NCBI GenBank assembly: GCA_945861225.1
Contig: CAMATU010000002.1
Span: forward strand, 1-61,313
Direction: 5' to 3'
DNA length: 61,313 nt
Origin: Klebsiella pneumoniae
GTDB lineage: Bacteria; Pseudomonadota; Gammaproteobacteria; Ga0077536
The position numbers and the translations under genes are program-made. Below the pieces are notes generated by a model that had not been told where the DNA came from, made no database searches, and saw only the letters and a program-made list of their open reading frames with translations. Positions 18,722 through 29,145 of the stretch are shown piece by piece. Position 1 is the first letter of the stretch, and every line of letters starts with the position of its first letter.

Positions 18722-19264
18722 TTAACAGCAAGATTTAGTGGCCGGGGCAGCGACTTTAGTCTGCGGTCCGCAACAGGCAGCCGTGACTGGGATCGCAGCC
18801 AGGGTTTCATTCGCCTGGGTCGCCGCCATGCGCGGTGTGCAACAAGCGCCAGTACTCACGTCCTCGCCTGCGGTTTGGCGTTGATCGCCGCCAAACACCG
18901 GCACCGAGCCTAGAGTATGGAAGGTTTCCCACGCGATCCCGGTGGGATCGGTGACCCAGTATTTGTCGGAGCGAGCGTAGCAACAGGCAGTGTTCTCTTC
19001 CGTCAGCAGATTGGCATCGGCGGCCGACAATTGCGCCTGCATGCCCGACAAATCGCTCGCGGAGTCGACCTGGAAGCCCAGATGGTCGATCCCACTGCGC
19101 TTATCACCCTGGCGCGAAATCGCGAAATTGACGCGCGGATCTTCCAGCATCCACTTCGCGTAGTCGGGCTTTTCCACACTCGGCGCGTGGCCGAAAATAG
19201 TCGAGTAAAAGCGGATGCTTTGGGCAAGATCAGCGACCGCCACATGGACATGAAAACGTTTCAT
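18722..19264 (-). CDS. arsI: ArsI/CadI-family glyoxalase-fold metalloenzyme (C-As lyase-like)
   Basis: MKRFHVHVAVADLAQSIRFY... HLGFQV ... vicinal cysteines in NTACCYA. The C-terminal tail is Cys-rich. The start overlaps the arsR stop (ATGA). Confidence 0.7.
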   Translation of the reverse strand: MKRFHVHVAVADLAQSIRFYSTIFGHAPSVEKPDYAKWMLEDPRVNFAISRQGDKRSGIDHLGFQVDSASDLSGMQAQLSAADANLLTEENTACCYARSDKYWVTDPTGIAWETFHTLGSVPVFGGDQRQTAGEDVSTGACCTPRMAATQANETLAAIPVTAACCGPQTKVAAPATKSCC

Positions 19265-19590
19265 GAGAGGACTCCTTGAATAGACAGCGGGGGACAACAG
19301 GCGCCATCGCGCGCGCAGCAGTTTTCAGTCAGAAAGCCGATCAGGGCGTTCATCTGCGCAAAATTTGCCGCGTAGAAGATGAAGCGCCCGGCCTGGCGTG
19401 AGGTGATTAATTCCGCGCGTGCGAGTTCCTTGAGATGGAACGAAAGGGTTGCCGGGGAGGTCTGCAACGCACAGCCAATCTCGCCTACCACCCGCCCGGT
19501 GGGACCGGCCTCAATCAACATCCGGAAGATCTTGAGGCGGGTGTCCTGGGCCAGGGCGGCAAGAGCGACTAAGGCGTGATTCGATTCCAT
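19261..19590 (-). CDS. arsR: ArsR/SmtB family transcriptional repressor
   Basis: The wHTH region is LAQDTRLKIFRMLIEAGP...VGEIGCALQTSPATLSFHLKEL. C-terminal Cys cluster NCCARDGACC. Confidence 0.85.
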   Translation of the reverse strand: MESNHALVALAALAQDTRLKIFRMLIEAGPTGRVVGEIGCALQTSPATLSFHLKELARAELITSRQAGRFIFYAANFAQMNALIGFLTENCCARDGACCPPLSIQGVLS

Positions 19591-19610
19591 AATTCGAGAA
19601 TAGTCGAATT
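19591..19610. promoter_or_regulatory. Candidate ArsR operator (7-6-7 inverted repeat)
   Basis: AATTCGA-gaatag-TCGAATT lies immediately upstream of the arsR start codon, in an AT-rich stretch. Confidence 0.4.
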
Positions 19611-19706
19611 AATATCAAACGGCCAGTGTCACTTTGTTGCCTGCGTGTAACTGCGGGCGCACGGCTTGGCGTAGCGACGATCAGGAGCCGATGACTTACT
19701 GCAGAT

Positions 19707-19858
19707 CATAGGGTGGAAAAGCGCAGCGCCTTCCACCGTCCTTGGTTGGCCACCTCCTAAACCCCGTCATCCCGGAATTTGCAAAGCAAATATCCGGGGC
19801 GGGATCCATCCTCTACCTCAAGCGCCCACGGATCCCGGGTCTGCGCCCGGGATGCCGG
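19707..19858. repeat. Mosaic: family-B palindrome plus two family-C units
   Basis: catagggtggaaaagcgcagcgccttccaccgtc (19707-19740), cgtcatcccggaattt...ccggggcgggatcc, and ggatcccgggtctgcgcccgggatgccgg (19830-19858). Confidence 0.8.
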
Positions 19859-19951
19859 AATCTGATGTCGGTATTCCTAATCCTGCGTCCCCTTGTTCTT
19901 CTCCAGCGCTATCGAGATACTCGAGCCACCCTCGGTCAGAGCTGCGTTGAA

Positions 19952-21465
<1,514 letters not shown>

Positions 21466-21466
<1 letters not shown>

Positions 21467-22098
21467 TGGAAAAAATCCCAGTACGCTGGTACTTCGATGT
21501 GATCTCGCCCTATGCGTATCTGCATCTCAAGCGCTTCAATGAACTCTCTGCCGCGCTCGCGATCGAATTCGTGCCCGTGCTGTTTGCAGGTCTCCTGAAG
21601 GCATGGGACACGAAAGGTCCGGCCGAGCTACCGGCCAAGCGCTCGCACACCTATCGACAATGCGTATGGTTGGCAGCGCTTCACGGGATTCCTTTTACGA
21701 TGCCGCCCCGGCATCCCTTCAATCCGCTGGCGGTTTTGCGACTGTTGATCGCGCGCGGCGCCCAGCCTGCGGATATTCACACGGTGTTCGATTTCATCTG
21801 GGGTCAGGGTCGCGATCCAGAAGCCGAGTGGAGCGCGCTGCACGAAGCACTCCAAGTCGCCGATGCCGCACCGCTAATCGCGGACCCGGAAGTGAAAGCC
21901 AAGCTCGTCCAAAATACTGAGCGCGCCGTTGCGGCAGGCGTGTGGGGGGTGCCAACCTTTGAGATCCGGGGCCAGCTTTTCTGGGGTGGGGACACGCTTG
22001 AGTGGATGAACGCCTTCATCAACAACCCGGCCTTGTTCGATGCCCCCGGGATGCGCCGCGCGGACTCGACCGGCGCCGGCGTGGTACGGCGCAAGTAG
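21466..22098 (+). CDS. 2-hydroxychromene-2-carboxylate isomerase / DsbA-like family protein
   Basis: VRWYFDVISPYAYL ... VWGVPTFEI. The start overlaps the upstream stop (TGATG). Confidence 0.75.
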
Positions 22099-22106
22099 CG
22101 GCGACG

Positions 22107-23186
22107 TTACGTTTCCAACGGCACGCCATTATCCACCAGCACTCTGCGTAGCCCGCGGATCGCCGGAAAAATTTCCTGATTGCGATCTTCACCCTGGGCA
22201 TCGAACGCCGCCTGTTCGAGTTCGCAAATCCAACGGTCCTCACCGAAAATTCCATTCGTGAACCACACGATCGCCGGCCATAGCAGATTGATGAGACCAG
22301 GCATCGACGGCCGTTTAATCATCATCAGGCCGTAGGTGTGATTGGTACGTTGCGCCTGATCGAGCGGAATGTAGATATTCCACAAATCCAGTGCCGGCGT
22401 GGGGCTACCTGCCGTCCAGAACTTGAGCGTTTGGTAGGGATACTCAGTGCGAATCGTCATCAGATCGCGTTCATCGGGTTGCGACTCGGGACGTTTGCCG
22501 AGCATGAACTTTTCGCCCAGGGGTTGCTTACCTTCATTGCGCTTGAAGGTGTAGTCCGCTTCGATCCAGTTATCACCGCTGCGCACGCCGAGGAATATCG
22601 TCTTGATTCCGCCCATCAGCCGCCGATGCAGGAATTGATGATTCATGTCCATCAAGTTCTCGTGCATGAAGGTGTAATGGCAGTTGATACGGCGACTGAG
22701 ATAGCGCGTCTTGTAGTCTGGATTAGTCGCGGAGGGCACGTCCGGGAAGGCGACGATAGTGGCCTTGGCACTGTCACCCGGAAACACGAAAATGAGCCCA
22801 TAGGCTTCGCGGCAGGGATACGCCCGCACATTGTTCGGGCGCATGCTGGCGTGATCGAGATAGGGCACGCTGGTGCAGTGGCCTTGTTCATTGTAGGTCC
22901 AGCCGTGATAACCACACTTGATCCCATCCGCCAGGACTTCGCCGACGTGTAACGGCACTTGGCGGTGCGCGCAACGGTCTTCGAGTGCGAACACCCGTCC
23001 CGCCTTGCCACGCACCAGCACTATTGGCGCACCAGCGAAGGTCGCTGGATGCGCCTTGCCTGGTTTCACTTCCTTGCTATGGGCAATCGGATACCAGAAG
23101 TCGGGATCGATGCCGGTCTTGCGAATGTCTCGTTTCAGCGGTTGTGCGTCGCCGCTGGGCAGACGTGCTGTGTTATCGGCGGTCAT
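22107..23186 (-). CDS. Rieske [2Fe-2S] non-haem-iron oxygenase, alpha-subunit-like
   Basis: The Rieske motif is CAHRQVPLH...CGYHGW. The Fe motif is HENLMDMNHQFLH. ATG 23186 is preceded by AAGGAC; the track start is 23243. Confidence 0.8.
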   Translation of the reverse strand: MTADNTARLPSGDAQPLKRDIRKTGIDPDFWYPIAHSKEVKPGKAHPATFAGAPIVLVRGKAGRVFALEDRCAHRQVPLHVGEVLADGIKCGYHGWTYNEQGHCTSVPYLDHASMRPNNVRAYPCREAYGLIFVFPGDSAKATIVAFPDVPSATNPDYKTRYLSRRINCHYTFMHENLMDMNHQFLHRRLMGGIKTIFLGVRSGDNWIEADYTFKRNEGKQPLGEKFMLGKRPESQPDERDLMTIRTEYPYQTLKFWTAGSPTPALDLWNIYIPLDQAQRTNHTYGLMMIKRPSMPGLINLLWPAIVWFTNGIFGEDRWICELEQAAFDAQGEDRNQEIFPAIRGLRRVLVDNGVPLET

Positions 23187-23286
23187 GGACGTCCTTGCGC
23201 GATCAAGAGGGGGCTTCGACCGCATTATAGTGCTGGCCTGCACACAATCGCCTAGCGAAACCCCATTTTTGCTTGACCCAGCGCAA

Positions 23287-23751
23287 TCAGAACACGCCCG
23301 CTTCCAAGCCCGCCGCCAGCGTCTGGCCGAGCTCCGTGCAGGCCGCGAGATGGGCCTCGGTGAGTTCCCCTTTGGCGATTACAGGCGGTATCACCGCCCG
23401 CCAGCGCAAGCCGAGCGTCAGACGTTCGACCGCGGTTTGCGCGCCCAGGCCATCGTTGCCGGCACGAATGAACAGGCCATACGGCAGGCCTTGCGTGTGC
23501 TCAAGACAGGGATAGTAAATTTGATCGAAAAAATATTTGAGTGCGCCAGACATATAGCCGAAGTTCTCCGGCGTGCCGAGCAGGATCCCGGCCGCACTGT
23601 GGACCTCCGCCGCAGTGGCCACCAACGCCGCACGCACGCACACTTCGATACCGCGAATTTCCGGATCACGCGCGCCGGCCACCACCGCATCCAGCATGCG
23701 CTGGGTGCCGCCGGTCGCAGAGTGATAGACGATCAAAAGGCGCTTGGTCAT
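23287..23751 (-). CDS. Flavodoxin-like fold protein
   Basis: MTKRLLIVYHSATGGTQRM; 154 aa. Confidence 0.7.
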   Translation of the reverse strand: MTKRLLIVYHSATGGTQRMLDAVVAGARDPEIRGIEVCVRAALVATAAEVHSAAGILLGTPENFGYMSGALKYFFDQIYYPCLEHTQGLPYGLFIRAGNDGLGAQTAVERLTLGLRWRAVIPPVIAKGELTEAHLAACTELGQTLAAGLEAGVF

Positions 23752-23790
23752 AGTGTTAACTGTAAATAAAAACTTGCGAGGGGAGGGGCT

Positions 23791-24276
23791 ATGCGGCTAA
23801 AGGGATCCTGTCATTGCGGCAAGGTGCGCTTCACACTCGAAACCAATCATCCGTACCCATTCAACCTCTGCTATTGCTCAATCTGCCGTAAGACTGCCGG
23901 CGGTGGTGGATTTGCCATCAACCTCGGCGGTGAGGCGGCTTCGCTGAAGGTCAAAGGCGAGCAGCACCTCGCGGTCTATCAGGCGCGGATCGCGGGCGCC
24001 AACGGGCGCAAGAAGAAAAGTCCCGCGCGCCGTCAATTTTGTCAGCATTGTGGCAGTCCATTGTGGGTGTGGGATCCACGCTGGCCAGAACTGATTCACC
24101 CGTTCGCCTCCGCCATCGACACCCCGCTGCCCGTCCCCCCGGAAAGGGTACATCTTATGCTGGACTCAAAGGCCGAATGGGTAGTGCCGGTGGTGGCGAG
24201 GCGCGATCAGCGTTACGCGGAATATCCACGTGAATCGCTTGCCGAATGGCATCAGCGGTTAGGCTTGGAAGGCTAG
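23791..24276 (+). CDS. GFA (glutathione-dependent formaldehyde-activating / CENP-V) family protein
   Basis: GSCHCGKVRF ... CYCSICRK ... CQHCGSPLW zinc-cysteine pattern. Confidence 0.8.
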   Translation: MRLKGSCHCGKVRFTLETNHPYPFNLCYCSICRKTAGGGGFAINLGGEAASLKVKGEQHLAVYQARIAGANGRKKKSPARRQFCQHCGSPLWVWDPRWPELIHPFASAIDTPLPVPPERVHLMLDSKAEWVVPVVARRDQRYAEYPRESLAEWHQRLGLEG

Positions 24277-24725
24277 CGATAAAACTCGACATAGAAGCGC
24301 ACTGCGCCGAGCGGTGCGACATGATGCAGCATCTGCGGGACCACGATGCCGGGTACCTCAGGCGTTAATTCGAAACTCGTGTTGAGGGCATCGATCTGAT
24401 AGTGCAACTTGCCCTCAAGGATTACGATTCGCCCCCATACGCCCTGCTTCGTGGAATGATCTTTAAGCAGGCCAGCGGGGATCGTGTCGGCCGTAAACTC
24501 AGGGGTGCGTTTATAAGCTGCGAGGTGTGCTGGCCACTCGAAGCGATCACACAGTGGACATTCGAGCGCCTGCAGAAGATGCGCCGCGCGACCCTCCTCG
24601 GTGGTGATCCACGCGCGCTCGACGAATGGCGGATCGTGCCGCACATGCTGGCGGTGACTGCAATCGAGGAGTGCGACCCAGTCGCCAAGATCATCCTGCA
24701 CGAAGCCCTTAATGGTGCGTTGCAT
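24273..24725 (-). CDS. DUF3565 + DUF1971 (TehB-N-like) domain protein
   Basis: DWVALLDCSHRQHVRHDPPF ... CPLCDR, followed by the segment GLLKDHSTKQGVWGRIVILEGKL. The domain names are from memory. Confidence 0.55.
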   Translation of the reverse strand: MQRTIKGFVQDDLGDWVALLDCSHRQHVRHDPPFVERAWITTEEGRAAHLLQALECPLCDRFEWPAHLAAYKRTPEFTADTIPAGLLKDHSTKQGVWGRIVILEGKLHYQIDALNTSFELTPEVPGIVVPQMLHHVAPLGAVRFYVEFYR

Positions 24726-24730
24726 GGAAA

Positions 24731-25168
24731 TTACGCGGTTAACCAAAAGGTGACTGGGCCGTCGTTAATAAGCGCCACCTGCATGTCGACACCGAAACGA
24801 CCAGTGGCTACGCGCGGGTGCTGGGAGCGCGCAAGACGCACGCATTCTTCGAACAGCTTTGCGCCTTCAGTCGGATGTGCGGCGCTGGTAAAGCTAGCGC
24901 GCGTGCCCTTGGTGGTGTCAGCGGCCAAGGTAAATTGTGGCACCAGCAACAGACCGCCCGCGATATCGTGCAGACTCAGATTCATGCGGCCAGTCGCATC
25001 CGGAAATACGCGGTAACCTAACAGGCGTTCCACCAAGCGCGCGGCGTTCTTCACGCCGTCCTGTGGTTGCACACCGATGAAGACCAACAAGCCGCGCTCA
25101 ATCGCGCCGACCACAGAACCCTCTACCGTGACCGACGCCTGGGTAACCCGTTGGAGTAGCCCTATCAT
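24731..25168 (-). CDS. dtd: D-aminoacyl-tRNA deacylase
   Basis: MIGLLQRVTQASVTVEG...GLLVFIGV...SQFTLAADT.KG.R.SF pattern; ATG at 25168. Confidence 0.9.
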   Translation of the reverse strand: MIGLLQRVTQASVTVEGSVVGAIERGLLVFIGVQPQDGVKNAARLVERLLGYRVFPDATGRMNLSLHDIAGGLLLVPQFTLAADTTKGTRASFTSAAHPTEGAKLFEECVRLARSQHPRVATGRFGVDMQVALINDGPVTFWLTA

Positions 25169-25196
25169 CAAATTTCGACTTTTCGTTTAGTCGAAA

Positions 25197-25232
25197 CATA
25201 GGGCGGAAAAGCGCAGCGCCTTCCGCCGTAGG
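25197..25232. repeat. Family-B palindromic repeat
   Basis: catagggcggaaaagcgcagcgccttccgccgtagg. Confidence 0.8.
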
Positions 25233-25270
25233 CCGACGACCGTATTCGCAAAGCAATAAGCAGTGATTCC

Positions 25271-27124
25271 TCAGGCCGTCTTCTGGCGCTGTTCACGCTT
25301 GCGATCATGTTCCTTCAGCATGCGCTTACGAACCCGCACCGCAGTCGGTGTCACTTCGACCAATTCGTCATCCGCGATGAATTCCAGCGCCTGTTCGAGA
25401 TCAAACTTAATCGGCGGTGTGAGCAGCAGGTTCTCATCAGTGCCCGCGGCACGAATGTTGGTGAGCTGCTTGGCCTTCAACGGATTCACCACGAGATCGT
25501 TGTCGCGCGAATGAATCCCGATAATCATGCCTTCGTAAACTTCATCCGCATGACTCGCAAATAGCCGCCCACGTTCCTGCAGGCTGAACAGCGCATAGGC
25601 CAGCGCCTTGCCTTCGCCATTCGAAATCAACACCCCATTCACGCGGCCACCGAGGTTGCCCGGCTTGACTGGCGCGTATTTTTCAAAAGTGTGATAGAGC
25701 AGGCCTTCGCCAGATGTAATGGTCATGAACTCGGTGCGGAAACCGATTAGCCCACGCGACGGTATCGAATAGTCGAGCCGCACGCGGCCTTTGCCGTCCG
25801 GCACCATATCGAGGAGCGCGCCCTTGCGCGAACCGAGACGCTCCATGACCGCGCCCTGAGCGTCAGTCGGCACATCCACTGTGAGCTGTTCAAAGGGTTC
25901 GCACTGCACGCCATCAATTTCTTTCAAAATAACCTGCGGGCGACCCACTGCGAGTTCATAGCCTTCGCGGCGCATGTTCTCGATCAAAATCGCGAGATGC
26001 AATTCGCCGCGCCCGGAAACGTTGAAGACTTTGGGATCGTTGGTTAATTCAACGCGCAGCGCCACATTGTGAATGAGCTCGCGTTGCAGGCGCTCACCAA
26101 TTTGTCGACTGGTGACGAACTGACCTTCGCGGCCCACAAAGGGCGAATCAGAAACCTCGAAACTCATGCTGACCGTCGGCTCATCCACCAACAACGCCGG
26201 CAAGGCCTCCACCGCAGAAGGCAGGCATAGCGTATCGGAGATGCGCGGCGCATCGATGCCAGTCAGCGCGATGATATCGCCAGCGCTGGCTTCCGTACGT
26301 GCTTCGCGCGTGAGGCCGTGAAATCCTAGGACTTCGAGGATTCGGCCGGAACGCGTGGTGCCCGCTGCGTCCACAATCGTGACATTTGTATTGGGGCGGA
26401 TGGTGCCGCGCTTGATACGCCCGATGCAGATCGCACCCACGTAACTCGAATAGTCGAGTGAACTCACCTGCATCTGGAATGGACCATCGACATCGACATC
26501 GGGCGCCGCCACGTTTTCCACCACGGTCTCAAACAACACCGTCATGTCGGTTTCAGGGCCGTCCGGCGTACGCCGCGCAAAGCCCAACGTGGCGGAGGTG
26601 TAGATCACCGGGAAATCCAATTGCTCCTCGGTGGCGCCGAGGCGATCGAATAAATCAAAAGTTTGGTCGAGCACCCAGGCGGGGCGCGCGCCTGGCCGGT
26701 CAATCTTGTTAATCACGACAATCGGGCGCAGACCTTGCGCAAAAGCTTTGTGCGTGACGAAGCGGGTTTGTGGCATGGGGCCTTCGACGGCGTCTACTAA
26801 TAAGAGCACCGAATCCACCATCGACAAAATCCGTTCAACTTCACCGCCGAAATCGGCGTGTCCGGGGGTGTCGACAATATTGATGTGGTACTCGCGCCAA
26901 TTGAGTGCGGTGTTTTTGGCCAGAATGGTGATCCCACGCTCGCGCTCGAGATCGTTGCTGTCCATCACCCGCTCACCCGTATCCTTCCGCACATTGAGCG
27001 TGCCGGACTGCCGGAGTAACTGATCAACAAGGGTGGTTTTGCCATGATCGACGTGCGCGATGATGGCGATATTGCGAAGATTCTGAATCACGGGGGGAGT
27101 CCGGTCGGGCGAAAGGGGCGGCAT
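25271..27124 (-). CDS. typA: Translational GTPase TypA/BipA
   Basis: [41 protein letters not shown]. The start is uncertain: 27124 ATG, 27133 GTG or 27091 GTG. Confidence 0.9.
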   Translation of the reverse strand: MPPLSPDRTPPVIQNLRNIAIIAHVDHGKTTLVDQLLRQSGTLNVRKDTGERVMDSNDLERERGITILAKNTALNWREYHINIVDTPGHADFGGEVERILSMVDSVLLLVDAVEGPMPQTRFVTHKAFAQGLRPIVVINKIDRPGARPAWVLDQTFDLFDRLGATEEQLDFPVIYTSATLGFARRTPDGPETDMTVLFETVVENVAAPDVDVDGPFQMQVSSLDYSSYVGAICIGRIKRGTIRPNTNVTIVDAAGTTRSGRILEVLGFHGLTREARTEASAGDIIALTGIDAPRISDTLCLPSAVEALPALLVDEPTVSMSFEVSDSPFVGREGQFVTSRQIGERLQRELIHNVALRVELTNDPKVFNVSGRGELHLAILIENMRREGYELAVGRPQVILKEIDGVQCEPFEQLTVDVPTDAQGAVMERLGSRKGALLDMVPDGKGRVRLDYSIPSRGLIGFRTEFMTITSGEGLLYHTFEKYAPVKPGNLGGRVNGVLISNGEGKALAYALFSLQERGRLFASHADEVYEGMIIGIHSRDNDLVVNPLKAKQLTNIRAAGTDENLLLTPPIKFDLEQALEFIADDELVEVTPTAVRVRKRMLKEHDRKREQRQKTA

Positions 27125-27322
27125 TATACGCACGTGAATGTGTCAAGGCGTTAGCAGTAACCACGTGGCAAGTTAAAGTCAGTGCCGTTTAGCGACGCTA
27201 AAAAGCCCATAGACCTTCGCCCGGGACGCGGTTGAGCGATGCGAACCCTTGAACTTGATCGCTATAATTTGCGGCGCCGCGTTCCGTCGGCACCGCAACT
27301 CGCAAGGCCGGTCCTCTCGCTC

Positions 27323-28813
27323 ATGCCCCATTCAGCTCCCATCGCGGCCATTGATCTTGGCTCCAACAGTTTTCACTTGGTGGTGGCTGAACCCCAGAAC
27401 GGCCACTTCAAAGTGCTCGACCGTCTGCGGGAAGTAACCCGTCTGGCCTCCGGCATGGATGCTGACAGCCGCCTGACTGATGTTGCGATGGAGCGCGCAC
27501 TGGCCAGCATGCAACGTTTTGGTGAGCGAATTCGACACCTGCCACAGGAGGCAGTGCGCGCGGTCGGCACCAATGCACTGCGCCGTGCGCGTAATGGCCA
27601 ACCCTTCTTACGGCGCGCCGAAGCCGCGCTCGGGCATCCGATCGATGTAGTGTCCGGAATTGAAGAGGCCCGTTTGATCTACCTCGGGGTGTCGCACGGG
27701 CTTGCCGAAGACAGTGGCTTGCGGCTCGTAATGGATATCGGCGGCGGCAGTACCGAGCTCATCATCGGCCAACGGCATCAGCCAATCGCGATGGAAAGCC
27801 TGTATATGGGCTGCGTGAGCATGACCGAACGCTACTTCGGTGACGGACGGATTGATGCCAAGCGCCTGCGCACTGCCGAGATCGCCGCCCGGCAGGAATT
27901 TGAACCGATTGAAGAGGCCTTTCGAAGCCGTGGCTGGCAGGCTGCGATCGGCGCCTCGGGGAGTCTACTCGCGATTGCCGATGCGCTTGCCGCCCACGGG
28001 TGGAGTGAAGAGGGCATCACACGGGCCGGCTTACAGAAATTGCGCGCGGCGTTGATCGATCTGGGCCAGGTCAGCGAACTGGCGCGCTTTGGTGTGCGCG
28101 AAGATCGCTGTCCGGTGTTCGCCGGTGGTTGCGCGATTGCGCTCGGTGCGTTTGAAGAACTCGGCATCGAGCGCATGCAGGTTTCGGACAGCGCGTTGCG
28201 AGAAGGCGTGCTCTACGATCTCATGGGACGTATTCATCATGAGGATGTGCGCCAGCACACCGTCAACATGCTCGTGCAACGCTTGCAGGTTGATCGCGGA
28301 CAACTTGCGCGGGTCGCCGCGACGGCGAAGAATTTATTGGAGCAAGCGGCGGCGAATTGGGGTTTACATGGTGCGGAACATCTGCAGCTCCTGCATTGGG
28401 CTAGCTGCCTCCACGAAATCGGCTCGACGGTGTCGCATTCGCAGTACCACAAGCATGGCGCCTACCTGCTGCAGTACCTTGATATGCCGGGCTTCTCGCG
28501 CGGCGAGCAGCGCCAATTGGCCTTTCTGGTGCGCGGCCACCGCCGCAAGTTCCCGCTGGTTGAATTGACGGCGTTGACCGATGCCGAGCAGGCAATCTGT
28601 CGTCGACTGTGCGTGCTGTTGCGCTTGGCGGTGGTACTGCACCGTGCGCGTCGAGCGACTTCTCTGCCGAGATTCGAACTGACCGTGGAGGGCGATTTGC
28701 TTAGATTAGTGCTGCCGAAAGGCTGGCTCGACGAACATGCGCTAGTGGCGGCGGATCTTGCGCAGGAAGCGAGTTATTTAAAGGCCATTGGCCTGCGCTT
28801 GAAGTTTAAATAA
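27323..28813 (+). CDS. ppx: Exopolyphosphatase / pppGpp phosphohydrolase (Ppx/GppA family)
   Basis: IAAIDLGSNSFHLVV, DIGGGSTE, and a C-terminal HD-like region. ATG 27323; the track start is 27239. Confidence 0.85.
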   Translation: MPHSAPIAAIDLGSNSFHLVVAEPQNGHFKVLDRLREVTRLASGMDADSRLTDVAMERALASMQRFGERIRHLPQEAVRAVGTNALRRARNGQPFLRRAEAALGHPIDVVSGIEEARLIYLGVSHGLAEDSGLRLVMDIGGGSTELIIGQRHQPIAMESLYMGCVSMTERYFGDGRIDAKRLRTAEIAARQEFEPIEEAFRSRGWQAAIGASGSLLAIADALAAHGWSEEGITRAGLQKLRAALIDLGQVSELARFGVREDRCPVFAGGCAIALGAFEELGIERMQVSDSALREGVLYDLMGRIHHEDVRQHTVNMLVQRLQVDRGQLARVAATAKNLLEQAAANWGLHGAEHLQLLHWASCLHEIGSTVSHSQYHKHGAYLLQYLDMPGFSRGEQRQLAFLVRGHRRKFPLVELTALTDAEQAICRRLCVLLRLAVVLHRARRATSLPRFELTVEGDLLRLVLPKGWLDEHALVAADLAQEASYLKAIGLRLKFK

Positions 28814-28845
28814 GCACACAGCTTTCGCGCGCATTCGAGACCATG

Positions 28846-29109
28846 GTAGGAGCGGCTTCAGCCGCGATGGGATGCTTGATACGACGCATGCCTCTCACTT
28901 TCCATCGCGGCTAAAGCCGCTCCTACCGGCGGACTGGTCATAGAACTCATAGGGCGGAAAAGCGCAGCGCTTTTCCGCCGCATGCCGACATCAGATTCCG
29001 GCATCCCGGGCGAAGACCCGGGATCCATGTGTGCTTGGGGTAGAGGATGGATGACGAGGTTTAGGAGGTAGCCTCATGCGGCGGAAGGCGCTGCGCTTTT
29101 CCGCCCTAT
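28846..29109. repeat. Mosaic repeat array: A(+), A(-), B(+), C, B(-)
   Basis: Family A at 28846-28871 and 28902-28926, family B at 28948-28984, family C at 28998-29026, and an inverted family B at 29075-29109. The array fills the convergent ppx/ppk spacer. Confidence 0.85.
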
Positions 29110-29145
29110 TTGGGCTATTTAGACCGCACTTTCCCGCTTTTATCG

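Noticed and set aside
22918-23769. 283-aa plus-strand ORF spanning the Rieske oxygenase 5' end, the intergenic region and the flavodoxin gene
   Set aside because: It crosses two well-supported minus-strand genes and an intergenic gap, and its composition is Arg-rich. It is an artefact.
27134-27322. Sigma-70 promoter in the typA/ppx divergent spacer (TTGAAC ... TATAAT)
   Set aside because: The hexamers are only 8 nt apart. The alternative TTGAGC is 25 nt away. Neither spacing is compatible with a canonical promoter, so no call is made.
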